A DNA stretch of 64,000 nucleotides from Cyclobacteriaceae bacterium (GTDB lineage Bacteria > Bacteroidota > Bacteroidia > Cytophagales > Cyclobacteriaceae). The position numbers and the translations under genes were made by a program. Every line of letters starts with the position of its first letter. Positions within the stretch are counted from its first letter, which is position 1. Location: positions 198,018 through 262,017 of the forward strand of contig JBGAKL010000006.1 in the NCBI GenBank assembly GCA_044224375.1. The letters run 5' to 3'. Positions 1-9,823 of this stretch are shown here, piece after piece. The notes under the pieces are model-generated. The model searched no databases. It was not told the DNA's origin and worked only from the letters and a program-made list of their open reading frames with translations.

Positions 1-387
1 AAAGGGCTTCCAGCCGAGGTGCGGGAAACCATTGCTGCTGACGAGTCGCTGATTGACCTAAAAGACGCCATCAACCTTGTAAAACCCCCTCGCGCGGCAG
101 GTATTTTCAACATCAAGCTGATGAAATGCGGCGGTATTGACGAAGGCAGAAAAATGGCCGACGTCGGACTGAGCGAAAACATCGATCTTTTCTGGGGATG
201 CAACGACGAGAGTATTGTGAGCATTACCGCAGGATTGCACGTTGCCTTTTCGTGTGCGAATACCAAATACATCGATCTTGACGGCAGCCTTGACCTCGCA
301 CGCGACGTGGTCAAAGGTGGCTTTATCCTGAAAGATGGTATGATGGAGTGCTCGGATAAGCCGGGGCTGGGAGTGGAAAGAGTCTAA
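1..387 (+). CDS. C-terminal part of an enolase-superfamily dipeptide epimerase / muconate cycloisomerase-like enzyme (5' end lies outside the window)
   Basis: Frame 1 is open from nt 1. Translation ...IAADESLIDL...FNIKLMKCGGI...YIDLDGSL... resembles the C-terminal barrel of L-Ala-D/L-Glu epimerase-type proteins. Stop TAA 385-387. Confidence 0.6.
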   Translation, partial: KGLPAEVRETIAADESLIDLKDAINLVKPPRAAGIFNIKLMKCGGIDEGRKMADVGLSENIDLFWGCNDESIVSITAGLHVAFSCANTKYIDLDGSLDLARDVVKGGFILKDGMMECSDKPGLGVERV

Positions 388-658
388 TCCGCGAATTTGT
401 ATCATAAGAAGATGCGACCCTAATGATGGTCGCCTGTCTCCGGTTGCCTGTCGCCGGTTAGTGCACCCAAAGTGGCTCGGAACCTCCTGAGATTAGCGTG
501 ACCTGCCGGAACAGGCAATGGGCAACAGGCAACAATTTCAGTCCGCGTAAATGATTGATTTCCAGAACTTAACCGCCAGAATCCTCTTTCAGCGCTGAGC
601 GCCGCTACGTTTCCTCATTTTTTTTGAATTCCGCTCTTGGTTACTCCGCCTCAGTTCC

Positions 659-666
659 TATCTTTG
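659..666 (+). promoter_or_regulatory. Candidate Bacteroidota -7 promoter element (TAtcTTTG) for the rplC operon
   Basis: Exact match to TAnnTTTG, 63 nt upstream of the rplC ATG. Only a weak TTG lies near -33. The same 9-mer TATCTTTGC recurs at 7279-7287. Confidence 0.35.
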
Positions 667-728
667 CAGTCCTTTTTGCGGCACAAAACCCGCAAATCGA
701 CTTAAAAAACAGCAAAATAGGTTTAACC

Positions 729-1361
729 ATGCCTGGAATTATAGGACGTAAGATTGGGATGACAAGCGTATATGGTCAGGACGGCCAGAATATCGCCTGC
801 ACAGTCATCGAGGCAGGGCCTTGCATTGTCACTCAGGTGAAAAACACTGAAGTCGACGGATACAACGCGCTGCAACTGTCCTTCGGAGAGAAGAAAGAAA
901 AGAACGCATCCAAGCCGCTGGTAGGTCACTTCAAGAAAGCTAACACCACACCCAAGCGGGACGTGGTTGAGTTTCGTGACTTCGGCGCAGAGTTCACCGG
1001 TATTGCCGAACTCGGCAAAGAGGTACGTATTCAGGATGTGTTTGCCGAAGGCGATTTTTTGGATGCCGTGGGTACCTCTAAGGGGCGCGGCTTTCAAGGT
1101 GTAGTGAAGCGTCACGGCTTCAATGGAGTTGGTGGCCAGACCCACGGTCAGCACAACCGTCTCCGCGCACCGGGTTCAATGGGTAACGCTTCTTTTGCAT
1201 CGCGAGTGATCAAAGGAAAACGTCTCCCGGGCCGCATGGGCAGCGACCGCGTGAAAGTCACTAACCTCAAAGTGGTGAGAATCATGGCGGAACATAACCT
1301 GATCCTGGTCAGCGGATCTGTACCAGGCGCGAAAAACTCAACCATAATACTGCAAAAGTGA
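729..1361 (+). CDS. rplC: 50S ribosomal protein L3 (uL3)
   Basis: ATG 729 gives [16 protein letters not shown]..., the canonical L3 N-terminus. The 624 start in the ORF track adds 35 non-conserved residues. The stop overlaps the rplD start (TGATG). Confidence 0.95.
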   Translation: MPGIIGRKIGMTSVYGQDGQNIACTVIEAGPCIVTQVKNTEVDGYNALQLSFGEKKEKNASKPLVGHFKKANTTPKRDVVEFRDFGAEFTGIAELGKEVRIQDVFAEGDFLDAVGTSKGRGFQGVVKRHGFNGVGGQTHGQHNRLRAPGSMGNASFASRVIKGKRLPGRMGSDRVKVTNLKVVRIMAEHNLILVSGSVPGAKNSTIILQK

Positions 1362-1987
1362 TGGACGTAGCAATTTCAAAATACAGCGGTGAGAGCACCG
1401 GCCGTAAAGCAAGTCTCTCTTCAGAGATATTCGGCATCGAGCCCAATGATCATGCGATCTGGCTGGATGTAAAGAGTCACCTCGCCAATGTGCGCCAGGG
1501 TACTCATAAGTCCAAACAGCGTAACGAAATCACCGGCTCTTCTAAAAAGATCAAGAAGCAGAAAGGTACCGGCGGCGCGCGTGCGGGTAACATTAAGAAC
1601 CCCCAGTTCAAAGGCGGTGGCCGGATATTCGGTCCCGTTCCCCGCGACTACTCTTTCAAGCTGAACAAGAAAGTTAAAGATCTGGCGCGCAGATCAGCCC
1701 TTACTTATAAGGCAAAAGATAATTCGATCGTCCTGGTGGAAGACTTCAAGTTCGAAGGCCCCAAGACCAAGCAATTCCAGAAAATGCTGGAATCGCTCGG
1801 CGTCGCTGCACAAAAGACGCTTTTCGTTCTTCCTGAAGCCAACAAGAATATTGCTTTCTCCGGAAGAAACATTCAAAACACAAAAGTTATTACTGCTGAC
1901 CAAATCAACACCTACGACGTGATCAATGCTGACAAGCTGATCCTCGTGGAGAGTTCAGTTGGTAAGATCGACACCATTTTAAAATAA
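1361..1987 (+). CDS. rplD: 50S ribosomal protein L4 (uL4)
   Basis: [11 protein letters not shown]... with the [10 protein letters not shown] motif. ATG 1361 overlaps the rplC stop; GTG 1358 is an alternative start. Confidence 0.95.
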   Translation: MDVAISKYSGESTGRKASLSSEIFGIEPNDHAIWLDVKSHLANVRQGTHKSKQRNEITGSSKKIKKQKGTGGARAGNIKNPQFKGGGRIFGPVPRDYSFKLNKKVKDLARRSALTYKAKDNSIVLVEDFKFEGPKTKQFQKMLESLGVAAQKTLFVLPEANKNIAFSGRNIQNTKVITADQINTYDVINADKLILVESSVGKIDTILK

Positions 1988-1994
1988 GACAGCG

Positions 1995-2282
1995 ATGAGC
2001 ATCCTGAAGCGTCCGTTGGTCACTGAAAAAGTCTCTTCCCTGAATGAAAAGGGTAAGTACGGTTTCATTGTGGACCTCGCAGCCAACAAGATAGAGGTCA
2101 AGAATGCAGTTGAGAAAATGTACGGTGTGACTGTGGAGCGTGTCAATACAATGAGCGCCATGGGCAAGCTGAAAGTTCGCTCAACGAAAGCCGGCATGCT
2201 GAAAGGCCGCAAGCCTAACTACAAAAAGGCAATCGTAACCTTGAAAGAGGGTGATGTGATAGATTTTTACGGTAACGTTTAA
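1995..2282 (+). CDS. rplW: 50S ribosomal protein L23 (uL23)
   Basis: 95 aa, ILKRPLVTEK... Sits between rplD and rplB. Confidence 0.95.
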   Translation: MSILKRPLVTEKVSSLNEKGKYGFIVDLAANKIEVKNAVEKMYGVTVERVNTMSAMGKLKVRSTKAGMLKGRKPNYKKAIVTLKEGDVIDFYGNV

Positions 2283-2292
2283 TTGATAGAAG

Positions 2293-3117
2293 ATGGCGTT
2301 CAAAAAACTAAGACCGGTAACACCAGGCACGAGGCACAGACTGGCCCCCGGCTTTGATGATATTACTGCGAGCAAGCCGGAGAAATCCCTGCTTAAGATC
2401 CTGAAGAAAACAGGAGGTCGCAACAGCAATGGTGCGATGACTATGCGCTATATCGGCGGTGGTCACAAGCAGAAGCTCAGAGAAATCGACTTCAAGCGCA
2501 CCAAGTTTGGTGTGCCTGCAGTTGTAAAATCAATTGAATACGATCCGACGAGAACAGCACGCGTAGCTCTTTTATACTATGCTGACGGTTTCAAATCATA
2601 TATCGTTGCTCCCCAGGGCCTGAAAGTCGGACAGACTGTAATGTCTGGCGAAGACATCGCTCCTGAAGTGGGAAATGCGTTGCCGCTTTCAAAAATTCCG
2701 CTCGGAACAATCATCCACAACGTGGAGATCAAGCCGGGAAAGGGTGCATCGATCGCAAGAAGCGCGGGTACATTTGTGCAGCTTCTAGCTCGCGAAAATG
2801 ACAAGGCAACTTTGAAAATGCCTTCTGGTGAAATGCGCCATGTACTGGTTAATTGCCTTGCTACCGTTGGGGCAGTTTCGAACCAGGATCACATGAACGA
2901 GTCTGTTGGTAAGGCGGGAAGAAGCCGCTGGAGAGGTATCCGCCCCCGCACACGTGCTGTGGCAATGAACCCTGTTGATCACCCGATGGGTGGTGGTGAA
3001 GGAAGAGCTTCCGGTGGTCACCCGAGATCACGCAAAGGACTTCTAGCGAAAGGCAAGAAGACCCGTCACCCGAAGAAATATTCTGATGGTTTAATCTTAG
3101 CTAGGAGGAAAAAATAA
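2293..3117 (+). CDS. rplB: 50S ribosomal protein L2 (uL2)
   Basis: 274 aa with the GGGHKQ and [14 protein letters not shown] signatures. Confidence 0.97.
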   Translation: MAFKKLRPVTPGTRHRLAPGFDDITASKPEKSLLKILKKTGGRNSNGAMTMRYIGGGHKQKLREIDFKRTKFGVPAVVKSIEYDPTRTARVALLYYADGFKSYIVAPQGLKVGQTVMSGEDIAPEVGNALPLSKIPLGTIIHNVEIKPGKGASIARSAGTFVQLLARENDKATLKMPSGEMRHVLVNCLATVGAVSNQDHMNESVGKAGRSRWRGIRPRTRAVAMNPVDHPMGGGEGRASGGHPRSRKGLLAKGKKTRHPKKYSDGLILARRKK

Positions 3118-3405
3118 ATGGGAAGGTCAGTAAAAAAAGGTCCATACCTCGATGCGCGCCTCGCCAAGAAGGTAGCAACGCAAGAACAATCCGGTAAGAA
3201 ATCTGTGATCAAGACCTGGTCACGCAGAAGCACGATCACACCGGATCTGATCGGGTTCACTTTTGCCGTTCATAATGGCAACAAGTTTATTCCTGTTTAT
3301 GTAACGGAAAATATGGTTGGTCACAAGCTTGGTGAGTTCGCACCCACCCGGACTTTCAAGGGTCACACCGGAAACAATAAGGCTGAAGCTGCAGCAGCTA
3401 AATAA
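3118..3405 (+). CDS. rpsS: 30S ribosomal protein S19 (uS19)
   Basis: 95 aa, [10 protein letters not shown]... Starts directly after the rplB stop. Confidence 0.97.
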   Translation: MGRSVKKGPYLDARLAKKVATQEQSGKKSVIKTWSRRSTITPDLIGFTFAVHNGNKFIPVYVTENMVGHKLGEFAPTRTFKGHTGNNKAEAAAAK

Positions 3406-3415
3406 TTGAAGCTCC

Positions 3416-3889
3416 ATGGAAACAACAGAAAAGAAAGTAAAGCGGTCGGTTAGGAAGCGTGAGAAGCTCAAGGCGATCAAAGAGGCTGCCAAGACTGGTC
3501 CTGCCGTTGCTTACCTGCACGATGTCCCCACATCACCGCGTAAGATGCGCCTGGTTGCTGATATCATCCGCGGCGAGCGCGTTGCCAAAGCATTGAACAT
3601 TCTTAAGTATGAAGCAAAGCATCCTGCAGAAAGAATGGAAAAGCTGCTGATGTCTGCGATCTCAAACTGGGAATCAAAGAATAAAGACGTGAAGCTCGAA
3701 GAGGCAGACCTGTTCGTAAAGGAAGTTCACGTTGGTGGAGGTCGCATCCTTAAGAGATTGCGTCCTGCACCGCAGGGTCGTGCACACCGCGTGCGCAAGC
3801 GCTCCAACCACGTCACACTGGTTGTTGACCGTATGCCTGCGGAAGTGAAACAAGAAAAGAAGAAGGTTCAAAAAGAAACCAAGGAATAA
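3416..3889 (+). CDS. rplV: 50S ribosomal protein L22 (uL22) with Lys-rich N- and C-terminal tails
   Basis: 157 aa. The core [14 protein letters not shown]... is typical of L22 and the position is conserved. Confidence 0.93.
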   Translation: METTEKKVKRSVRKREKLKAIKEAAKTGPAVAYLHDVPTSPRKMRLVADIIRGERVAKALNILKYEAKHPAERMEKLLMSAISNWESKNKDVKLEEADLFVKEVHVGGGRILKRLRPAPQGRAHRVRKRSNHVTLVVDRMPAEVKQEKKKVQKETKE

Positions 3890-3891
3890 TA

Positions 3892-4725
3892 ATGGGACAA
3901 AAGATTAATCCTGTCGGCTTCCGCCTCGGAATCATCCGTGGATGGGACTCTAACTGGTTCGGCGGAAAAGAGATGTCTGATAAGCTGGTGGAAGACCAGA
4001 AGATCAGAAAGTACATCGACGCGCGTATTCAGAAAGGTGGCATCGCTAAAGTTGTGATTGAGCGTACGATCAAGCGCATCACGCTTACGATTCACACTGC
4101 CCGTCCGGGCGTAGTGATCGGAAAAGGCGGCACCGAGGTCGATAAAATCAAGGAAGAGTTGAAGAAGCTCACCGGCAAGGATGTTCAAATCAACATTTTC
4201 GAGATCAAGCGTCCTGAGCTGGATTCGAGACTGGTTGGCGAATCTATTGCCCAGCAGCTTGAGGCTCGTATCTCTTACCGTCGCGCGATGAAACAGGCAA
4301 TTGCTTCTTCGATGCGCGTGGGAGCAGAAGGAATCAAAATAAAATTGTCAGGTCGTTTGGCAGGTGCTGATATGGCCCGGACAGAACAATATAAGGAGGG
4401 ACGAATTCCCCTTCACACACTTCGCGCAGACATTGACTACGCGATTTCAGAAGCGCAGACTGTGTATGGAAAGATCGGCATCAAGGTGTGGATCTTCAAA
4501 GGCGAGATCTTCGGCAAGCGTGATCTGTCACCGAACGTAGGTGTTGTCTCCCAAGGAGACGGCAAGACGCAAGGCGGCGGTGCTGCACCGGGCGGCCCTC
4601 GTCGTGGTGGTGAGCGTGGCGAGCGCAGAGGAGGAGAAGGACGTGGTGAGCGTGGAGCAGGAGATAGAAGAGGCGGCGGTGGCGATCGCAGAGGCGGTGG
4701 CGGCGGTCCGAGAGGAAAGAGATAA
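3892..4725 (+). CDS. rpsC: 30S ribosomal protein S3 (uS3) with an Arg/Gly-rich C-terminal extension
   Basis: 277 aa, [13 protein letters not shown]..., KH-domain core, and a tail ...[39 protein letters not shown]. Confidence 0.96.
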   Translation: MGQKINPVGFRLGIIRGWDSNWFGGKEMSDKLVEDQKIRKYIDARIQKGGIAKVVIERTIKRITLTIHTARPGVVIGKGGTEVDKIKEELKKLTGKDVQINIFEIKRPELDSRLVGESIAQQLEARISYRRAMKQAIASSMRVGAEGIKIKLSGRLAGADMARTEQYKEGRIPLHTLRADIDYAISEAQTVYGKIGIKVWIFKGEIFGKRDLSPNVGVVSQGDGKTQGGGAAPGGPRRGGERGERRGGEGRGERGAGDRRGGGGDRRGGGGGPRGKR

Positions 4726-4756
4726 TAAGGAACAGAACTAATAAAGGGTTTCAGCG

Positions 4757-5176
4757 ATGTTACAACCGAAGCGTACAAAATTCAGGAAATCACAGAAAGG
4801 CCGTGTTAAGGGTATGGCGACACGCGGACATACAATTGCTTATGGATCATTTGGTTTGAAAGCAGTTGAGATGGGTCTGCTTACTGCCCGCCAGCTCGAA
4901 GCAGCACGTGTTGCTGTAACGCGCGCGATGAAGCGTGAAGGCCAGGTGTGGATCAGGGTGTTTCCTGACAAGCCGGTCACAAGAAAGCCTGCAGAAGTTC
5001 GTATGGGTAAGGGAAAAGGGGCGCCGGAATATTGGGTTGCACCGGTGAAGCCTGGTACCATTTTGTTCGAAGCGGGTGGTGTTACACGCGCCGTTGCGTT
5101 GGAGGCGTTGATGCTTGCTGATGGCAAGCTCCCCATCAAGACAAAATTTGTTGTAAGAAGAGATTACGTAGAATAA
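4757..5176 (+). CDS. rplP: 50S ribosomal protein L16 (uL16)
   Basis: 139 aa, [16 protein letters not shown]... Confidence 0.97.
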   Translation: MLQPKRTKFRKSQKGRVKGMATRGHTIAYGSFGLKAVEMGLLTARQLEAARVAVTRAMKREGQVWIRVFPDKPVTRKPAEVRMGKGKGAPEYWVAPVKPGTILFEAGGVTRAVALEALMLADGKLPIKTKFVVRRDYVE

Positions 5177-5184
5177 GCAAGCGT

Positions 5185-5382
5185 ATGAAGAACACATCAG
5201 ATATTAAAGACCTGACCCTCGACGAGCTGAAGGAGAAACTCGGCAGCGAGAAAGAGGCGTTGCGCAAAATGAAATTTGCTCATCAGGTATCAGCCATCGA
5301 AAATCCGATGAAGATAAAAGAGACCCGTAGGCTGATTGCCCGGATCAACACCGCATTGCGCCAAAAAGAAACGCAGAAATAG
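5185..5382 (+). CDS. rpmC: 50S ribosomal protein L29 (uL29)
   Basis: 65 aa helical protein in the conserved slot between rplP and rpsQ. Confidence 0.9.
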   Translation: MKNTSDIKDLTLDELKEKLGSEKEALRKMKFAHQVSAIENPMKIKETRRLIARINTALRQKETQK

Positions 5383-5389
5383 TAACAGT

Positions 5390-5644
5390 ATGGAAAGGAA
5401 CTTAAGAAAAGAAAGAGTAGGCCGCGTGGTCAGCAATAAAATGCAGAAGACCATCACGATTGCTATCGACCGCAAGGTGAAGCATGCGATCTATGGAAAA
5501 TTCATGAACAAGACCACCAAGCTGATGGCGCATGATGAAAAGAATGAGGCGGGTATTGGCGACACCGTCAGGATCATGGAAACCCGTCCGCTCAGCAAGA
5601 ACAAGCGCTGGAGACTGGTTGAGGTGGTCGAGAAAGCGAAATAA
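5390..5644 (+). CDS. rpsQ: 30S ribosomal protein S17 (uS17)
   Basis: ATG 5390 gives [22 protein letters not shown]... The 5336 start in the ORF track overlaps rpmC and is unlikely. Confidence 0.93.
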   Translation: MERNLRKERVGRVVSNKMQKTITIAIDRKVKHAIYGKFMNKTTKLMAHDEKNEAGIGDTVRIMETRPLSKNKRWRLVEVVEKAK

Positions 5645-5670
5645 TTGAGACCGAATAAAGATAGAAAGTT

Positions 5671-6039
5671 ATGATACAGAGCGAATCACGTCTTACAGTG
5701 GCAGACAACAGCGGAGCAAAGGAAGTGCTGGTTGTCCATGTGTTGGGCGGAACCCACAGGCGCTATGCTTCCGTCGGTGACAAGATCGTCGTGACGGTTA
5801 AGTCAGCGATTCCGACCAGCCAAATCAAGAAAGGCACTGTGTCAAGAGCCGTTATCGTGCGCACGAAGAAGGAAGTGAGGAGGAAAGACGGTTCGTATAT
5901 CCGTTTTGAGGACAACGCAGCCGTGCTGCTTACACCCCAGGACGAACCCCGCGGAACCCGCATCTTCGGACCGGTAGCACGCGAGCTTCGCGAGAAGCAG
6001 TTTATGAAGATCATTTCATTGGCCCCCGAAGTACTTTAA
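5671..6039 (+). CDS. rplN: 50S ribosomal protein L14 (uL14)
   Basis: 122 aa, [17 protein letters not shown]... Confidence 0.97.
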   Translation: MIQSESRLTVADNSGAKEVLVVHVLGGTHRRYASVGDKIVVTVKSAIPTSQIKKGTVSRAVIVRTKKEVRRKDGSYIRFEDNAAVLLTPQDEPRGTRIFGPVARELREKQFMKIISLAPEVL

Positions 6040-6043
6040 GATT

Positions 6044-6409
6044 ATGCAGAGGACAACGAACAAACAGCCTAAGCTGAAGATCCGCAAAGGCGACACAGTA
6101 AAGATAATTTCTGGTAACTACCGCAGCACACCTGATAAAGTGAATTCAGGCAAGGTGCTCGAAGTGCTGCTCGAGAAAAACAGGGTGATTGTAGAAGGCA
6201 TCAACATGGTGACAAAGCACCAGAAGCCTTCCGCAGGAAAACCTGAAGGCGGCATCAAGAAGACAGAGGCTTCTATCCATATCAGCAACGTTGTGCTACT
6301 GGATCCGGCAACAGGTCAACCTACTAAGGTGGGTCGCAAGCTGAACGACAAAGGAAAGCTTCAGCGCTTCTCCAGAAAGACAGGAAAGTTTATAGAATCT
6401 ACTAAGTAA
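6044..6409 (+). CDS. rplX: 50S ribosomal protein L24 (uL24)
   Basis: 121 aa with KOW motif [13 protein letters not shown]. Confidence 0.92.
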   Translation: MQRTTNKQPKLKIRKGDTVKIISGNYRSTPDKVNSGKVLEVLLEKNRVIVEGINMVTKHQKPSAGKPEGGIKKTEASIHISNVVLLDPATGQPTKVGRKLNDKGKLQRFSRKTGKFIESTK

Positions 6410-6416
6410 TAAAGCC

Positions 6417-6977
6417 ATGGCAACGCCAAGACTGAAAGAAAAATATACAAAGGAGATCGTTCCGGCATTGAAGGACAAGTTTAAGTACAAGTCCGTGATG
6501 CAGGTTCCGAAGATCACCAAGATCTGTGTGAACAAGGGTATCGGTGCTGCCGTTGCCGATAAGAAGATGATCGATGTTGGTCTCGAAGAGATCACCAATA
6601 TCACCGGTCAAAAGGCTGTTCCCACAAGGTCGAAGAAAGACATTTCAAACTTCAAGCTGCGTGCTGATCTGCCTATTGGCGTGAAAGTGACGCTGCGCGG
6701 AGAGCGGATGTATGAATTCATGGATCGTCTTATGACTATCGCGCTTCCCCGTGTTCGCGACTTCAAAGGAGTTAGCGACAAGGGTTTTGATGGCCGCGGT
6801 AACTACACCCTGGGTGTGAAAGAGCAGATCATTTTCCCTGAGATCTCCATCGACAAGGTTAGCAAGATCAATGGTATGGACATCACGTTCGTCACCACGG
6901 CGGCGACGGATGAAGAAAGTTTCGAGCTCCTGAAGGCTTTCGGGATGCCGTTTGTAAACAAGAACAATCCTAATTAA
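6417..6977 (+). CDS. rplE: 50S ribosomal protein L5 (uL5)
   Basis: 186 aa, ...[14 protein letters not shown]... Position is conserved. Confidence 0.96.
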   Translation: MATPRLKEKYTKEIVPALKDKFKYKSVMQVPKITKICVNKGIGAAVADKKMIDVGLEEITNITGQKAVPTRSKKDISNFKLRADLPIGVKVTLRGERMYEFMDRLMTIALPRVRDFKGVSDKGFDGRGNYTLGVKEQIIFPEISIDKVSKINGMDITFVTTAATDEESFELLKAFGMPFVNKNNPN

Positions 6978-6985
6978 TAGCAGAT

Positions 6986-7255
6986 ATGGCAAAACTTGCA
7001 GTTATCGCACGGGACAAGAAAAAAGAGAGGCTGGTAGCGCGCTACAAGGCCAAGCGTCAGGCGCTGAAGGCTGCCGGAGACTGGGTAGGGCTGGACAAGC
7101 TCCCACGCAGCTCCTCTGCGGTACGCCTCCACAGCCGCTGTAAGCTCACAGGTCGCCCCCGCGGATACATGAGCAAATTCGGCATCTGCCGGAACCAGTT
7201 CAGGCAAATGGCCCACGACGGCAAAATCCCCGGAATGACTAAAGCCAGCTGGTAA
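6986..7255 (+). CDS. rpsN: 30S ribosomal protein S14 (uS14), long non-zinc form
   Basis: 89 aa, [17 protein letters not shown]... No paired CxxC motifs. Confidence 0.93.
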   Translation: MAKLAVIARDKKKERLVARYKAKRQALKAAGDWVGLDKLPRSSSAVRLHSRCKLTGRPRGYMSKFGICRNQFRQMAHDGKIPGMTKASW

Positions 7256-7278
7256 TTTGAAGAAAGGAAAGGATTAAA

Positions 7279-7286
7279 TATCTTTG
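7279..7286 (+). promoter_or_regulatory. Candidate internal -7 promoter element (TAtcTTTG) upstream of rpsH
   Basis: Exact TAnnTTTG match inside the unusually long 85-nt rpsN-rpsH spacer. It uses the same TATCTTTGC word as upstream of rplC. Confidence 0.3.
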
Positions 7287-7322
7287 CGGCCCCGTTTTTC
7301 CCGATAGCTATCGGGAAGCCGC
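7286..7322. repeat. Nested hairpin: a perfect 20-nt palindrome TTCCCGATAGCTATCGGGAA (7298-7317) clamped by GCGGC/GCCGC. Member of the CCCGATAGCWATCGGG repeat family.
   Basis: The palindrome was read directly. Related copies are at 28444-28455 and 59611-59641. Confidence 0.8.
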
Positions 7323-7340
7323 ATTTAATATAAAATAGAC

Positions 7341-7739
7341 ATGACAGACCCGATTGCAGACTACTTAACCCGGCTCAGAAACGCCATAAAATCACGCCAT
7401 CGCGTGGTGGAGGTTCCGGCCAGCAACATTAAAAAGGAGATCACCAAGGTGTTGTTTGACAAAGGCTATATCCTGAACTACAAGTTCGAGGATACCGCTA
7501 ACAAGCAGGGTATGATCAAGATTGCGCTCAAGTACAATCCCGAAACCAGGGATTCTGCCATTGCAAAAATAGACAGGGTCAGCTCACCGGGATTGCGCCA
7601 GTATAAGCCGGCAGATGAGCTTCCCAAGGTTCTCAACGGCCTCGGAATCGCTATCCTGTCGACTTCAAAAGGAGTTATCACTGATAAAGAGGCACGTGCC
7701 CTCAATGTCGGTGGCGAAGTATTGTGTTACGTTTATTAA
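7341..7739 (+). CDS. rpsH: 30S ribosomal protein S8 (uS8)
   Basis: 132 aa, [15 protein letters not shown]... Confidence 0.96.
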   Translation: MTDPIADYLTRLRNAIKSRHRVVEVPASNIKKEITKVLFDKGYILNYKFEDTANKQGMIKIALKYNPETRDSAIAKIDRVSSPGLRQYKPADELPKVLNGLGIAILSTSKGVITDKEARALNVGGEVLCYVY

Positions 7740-7750
7740 TAGTATAGAAG

Positions 7751-8308
7751 ATGTCACGGATCGGCAGATTACCCATAACGCTTCCCAAAGGTGTGACTTG
7801 CACTTTTTCGGAAGGAAACAGAAAAGTATCGGTGAAGGGTCCGAAAGGAGAACTGCACCAGGAGCTGAAGCCCAACTTCAAAGTGAAGGTGGAGGAAGGT
7901 TCTGTGGAAGTGAGCCGTCCTACGGATGAGAAGCCCGACCGTGCGCTCCATGGATTGTACCGCGCCTTGATTGCCAACATGGTGGTCGGCGTGAGCCAGG
8001 GATATAAAGAAACGCTCGAGTTGATCGGTGTAGGTTATAAGGCATCCGCGCAGGGCAATGTGCTCGAGTTGAGCCTTGGATATTCTCACAGCGTGTTTTT
8101 GGGTGTGCCCCCGGAATTGAAACTCCAGGCAGCTCAGGAAAAAGGCGCGAACCCGATGATCACCCTCGAGGGGATCGACAAGCAATTGATCGGACAGGTT
8201 GCTGCCAAGATCAAGTCGCTTCGCAAAGTGGAACCTTACAAAGGAAAAGGTATCCGTTATGTTGGTGAATATGTACGCAGAAAAGCTGGTAAGGCGGCTG
8301 CTAAATAA
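7751..8308 (+). CDS. rplF: 50S ribosomal protein L6 (uL6)
   Basis: 185 aa, [15 protein letters not shown]... Confidence 0.96.
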   Translation: MSRIGRLPITLPKGVTCTFSEGNRKVSVKGPKGELHQELKPNFKVKVEEGSVEVSRPTDEKPDRALHGLYRALIANMVVGVSQGYKETLELIGVGYKASAQGNVLELSLGYSHSVFLGVPPELKLQAAQEKGANPMITLEGIDKQLIGQVAAKIKSLRKVEPYKGKGIRYVGEYVRRKAGKAAAK

Positions 8309-8316
8309 TTAAGACT

Positions 8317-8667
8317 ATGTCAGTTTACGCAAAGAAAAATCGCAGGACCAGGATCAAGGCGGGCATTCGCAAGAATGTTGAGGGTACTTCAGTGCGCCCG
8401 AGACTGTCTGTCTTCCGCAGCAACAAAGCCATCTATGCTCAGATCATCGATGACTCTAAAGGACATACTATCGCCGCCGCTTCTTCAGCGGACATTGAAA
8501 AAGCAAAATTGAATAAAGAGACATCAACTGCTGTCGGAAAGAAAGTAGCTGAGAAGGCACTTGCTTCCGGGATTAAGGAGATCGTCTTCGACAGGAACGG
8601 ATACTTGTACCACGGAAACGTGAAAGCTTTGGCGGATGGCGCCAGAGAGGGAGGTTTAAAATTCTAA
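8317..8667 (+). CDS. rplR: 50S ribosomal protein L18 (uL18)
   Basis: 116 aa, ...[20 protein letters not shown]... Confidence 0.94.
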   Translation: MSVYAKKNRRTRIKAGIRKNVEGTSVRPRLSVFRSNKAIYAQIIDDSKGHTIAAASSADIEKAKLNKETSTAVGKKVAEKALASGIKEIVFDRNGYLYHGNVKALADGAREGGLKF

Positions 8668-8671
8668 GCGC

Positions 8672-9190
8672 ATGACACAAAGCAACGTCAGTACAGTTAA
8701 AGCGAGCGAGATCGACCTGAAAGAAAAGGTTGTAGCAATACAGCGTGTAGCAAAAGTTGTGAAGGGTGGACGTCGTTTCAGCTTTTCAGCGATCGTAGTG
8801 GTGGGAGATGGTAACGGAGTAGTAGGATACGGACTTGGAAAGGCAAACGAAGTAACGGATGCGATCACAAAAGGTATCGATGATGCCAAGAAGCACCTGG
8901 TGAAAGTTCCGATCATTAAAGGAACGGTTCCCCATGAGTCTATCGGCAAGTTTGGCGGTGGCCTTGTGTTGCTGAAGCCTGCATCGCCTGGTACAGGTGT
9001 TATTGCTGGTGGTGCAATGCGTGCCGTGCTCGAGAGCGCTGGCGTTCATAACGTGTTGGCAAAGTCGAAAGGATCTTCCAACCCGCACAACGTGGTAAAG
9101 GCTACTTTCAAGGCATTGACAACGATGCGCGATGCACATACGGTTGCCCGCAATCGTGGAATAGAATTGACAAAAGTATTTAACGGATAA
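8672..9190 (+). CDS. rpsE: 30S ribosomal protein S5 (uS5)
   Basis: 172 aa, ...[30 protein letters not shown]... Confidence 0.96.
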   Translation: MTQSNVSTVKASEIDLKEKVVAIQRVAKVVKGGRRFSFSAIVVVGDGNGVVGYGLGKANEVTDAITKGIDDAKKHLVKVPIIKGTVPHESIGKFGGGLVLLKPASPGTGVIAGGAMRAVLESAGVHNVLAKSKGSSNPHNVVKATFKALTTMRDAHTVARNRGIELTKVFNG

Positions 9191-9195
9191 GCGCC

Positions 9196-9375
9196 ATGGC
9201 AAAAGTCAGAATCACACAGATCCGCAGCACGATTAAGCGCCCCAAGACTCAATTGCTGACCATCGAGTCACTGGGACTGGGCAAGCGCGACAAGTCTGTT
9301 GAAGTGGAATACACACCCCAGATTCAGGGCATGGTGAGAAAAGTAAGTCACTTGGTAAGTGTAAAAGAACTATAA
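9196..9375 (+). CDS. rpmD: 50S ribosomal protein L30 (uL30)
   Basis: Not in the ORF track (59 aa). Hand translation gives MAKVRITQIRSTIKRPKTQLLTIESLGLGKRDKSVEVEYTPQIQGMVRKVSHLVSVKEL, which fills the rpsE-rplO gap exactly. Confidence 0.87.
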   Translation: MAKVRITQIRSTIKRPKTQLLTIESLGLGKRDKSVEVEYTPQIQGMVRKVSHLVSVKEL

Positions 9376-9376
9376 G

Positions 9377-9823
9377 ATGAAGCTGCATACTTTAAAACCG
9401 GCATCCGGTTCTACAAAAACTAACAAGCGCCTCGGAAGAGGTCAGGGCTCGGGTGGCAGCACTGCGGGACGTGGTCACAAAGGTGCCCAGTCACGCTCAG
9501 GCAATCACAAGAAAGTGGGCTTCGAAGGAGGTCAGATGCCTTTGCAGCGTCGTATCCCTAAGTTTGGATTCAAGAATAACGAGAAGATCTACTACAAAGG
9601 GATCAACCTCGATACGCTTGAGGCCCTTGCAACCAAGACCAAAGCTTCTGCATTGAACCTGCAGGTTATGATGGACAATGGTATTGTCGGCAAGAACGAC
9701 AAGGTGAAAGTGCTGGGACGTGGCGAGTTGAAGGCGAAAGTAAATGTGGAAGCACATGCGTTCTCAGCCACAGCAACGAAAGCAATTGAAAGCGCTGGCG
9801 GCAGCGCAACGACTGTAAAATAG
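9377..9823 (+). CDS. rplO: 50S ribosomal protein L15 (uL15)
   Basis: 148 aa, MKLHTLKPASGS...GRGHKG... Confidence 0.95.
   Translation: MKLHTLKPASGSTKTNKRLGRGQGSGGSTAGRGHKGAQSRSGNHKKVGFEGGQMPLQRRIPKFGFKNNEKIYYKGINLDTLEALATKTKASALNLQVMMDNGIVGKNDKVKVLGRGELKAKVNVEAHAFSATATKAIESAGGSATTVK

Noticed and set aside
624-728. N-terminal extension of rplC suggested by the ORF track
   Set aside because: The canonical L3 N-terminus begins at ATG 729. The extension would cover the putative promoter and leader hairpin.
4437-4778. 113-aa Pro-rich minus-strand ORF and the 66-aa plus-strand ORF at 4541-4741
   Set aside because: Both are alternative-frame readings of the GC-rich RGG repeat at the end of rpsC.
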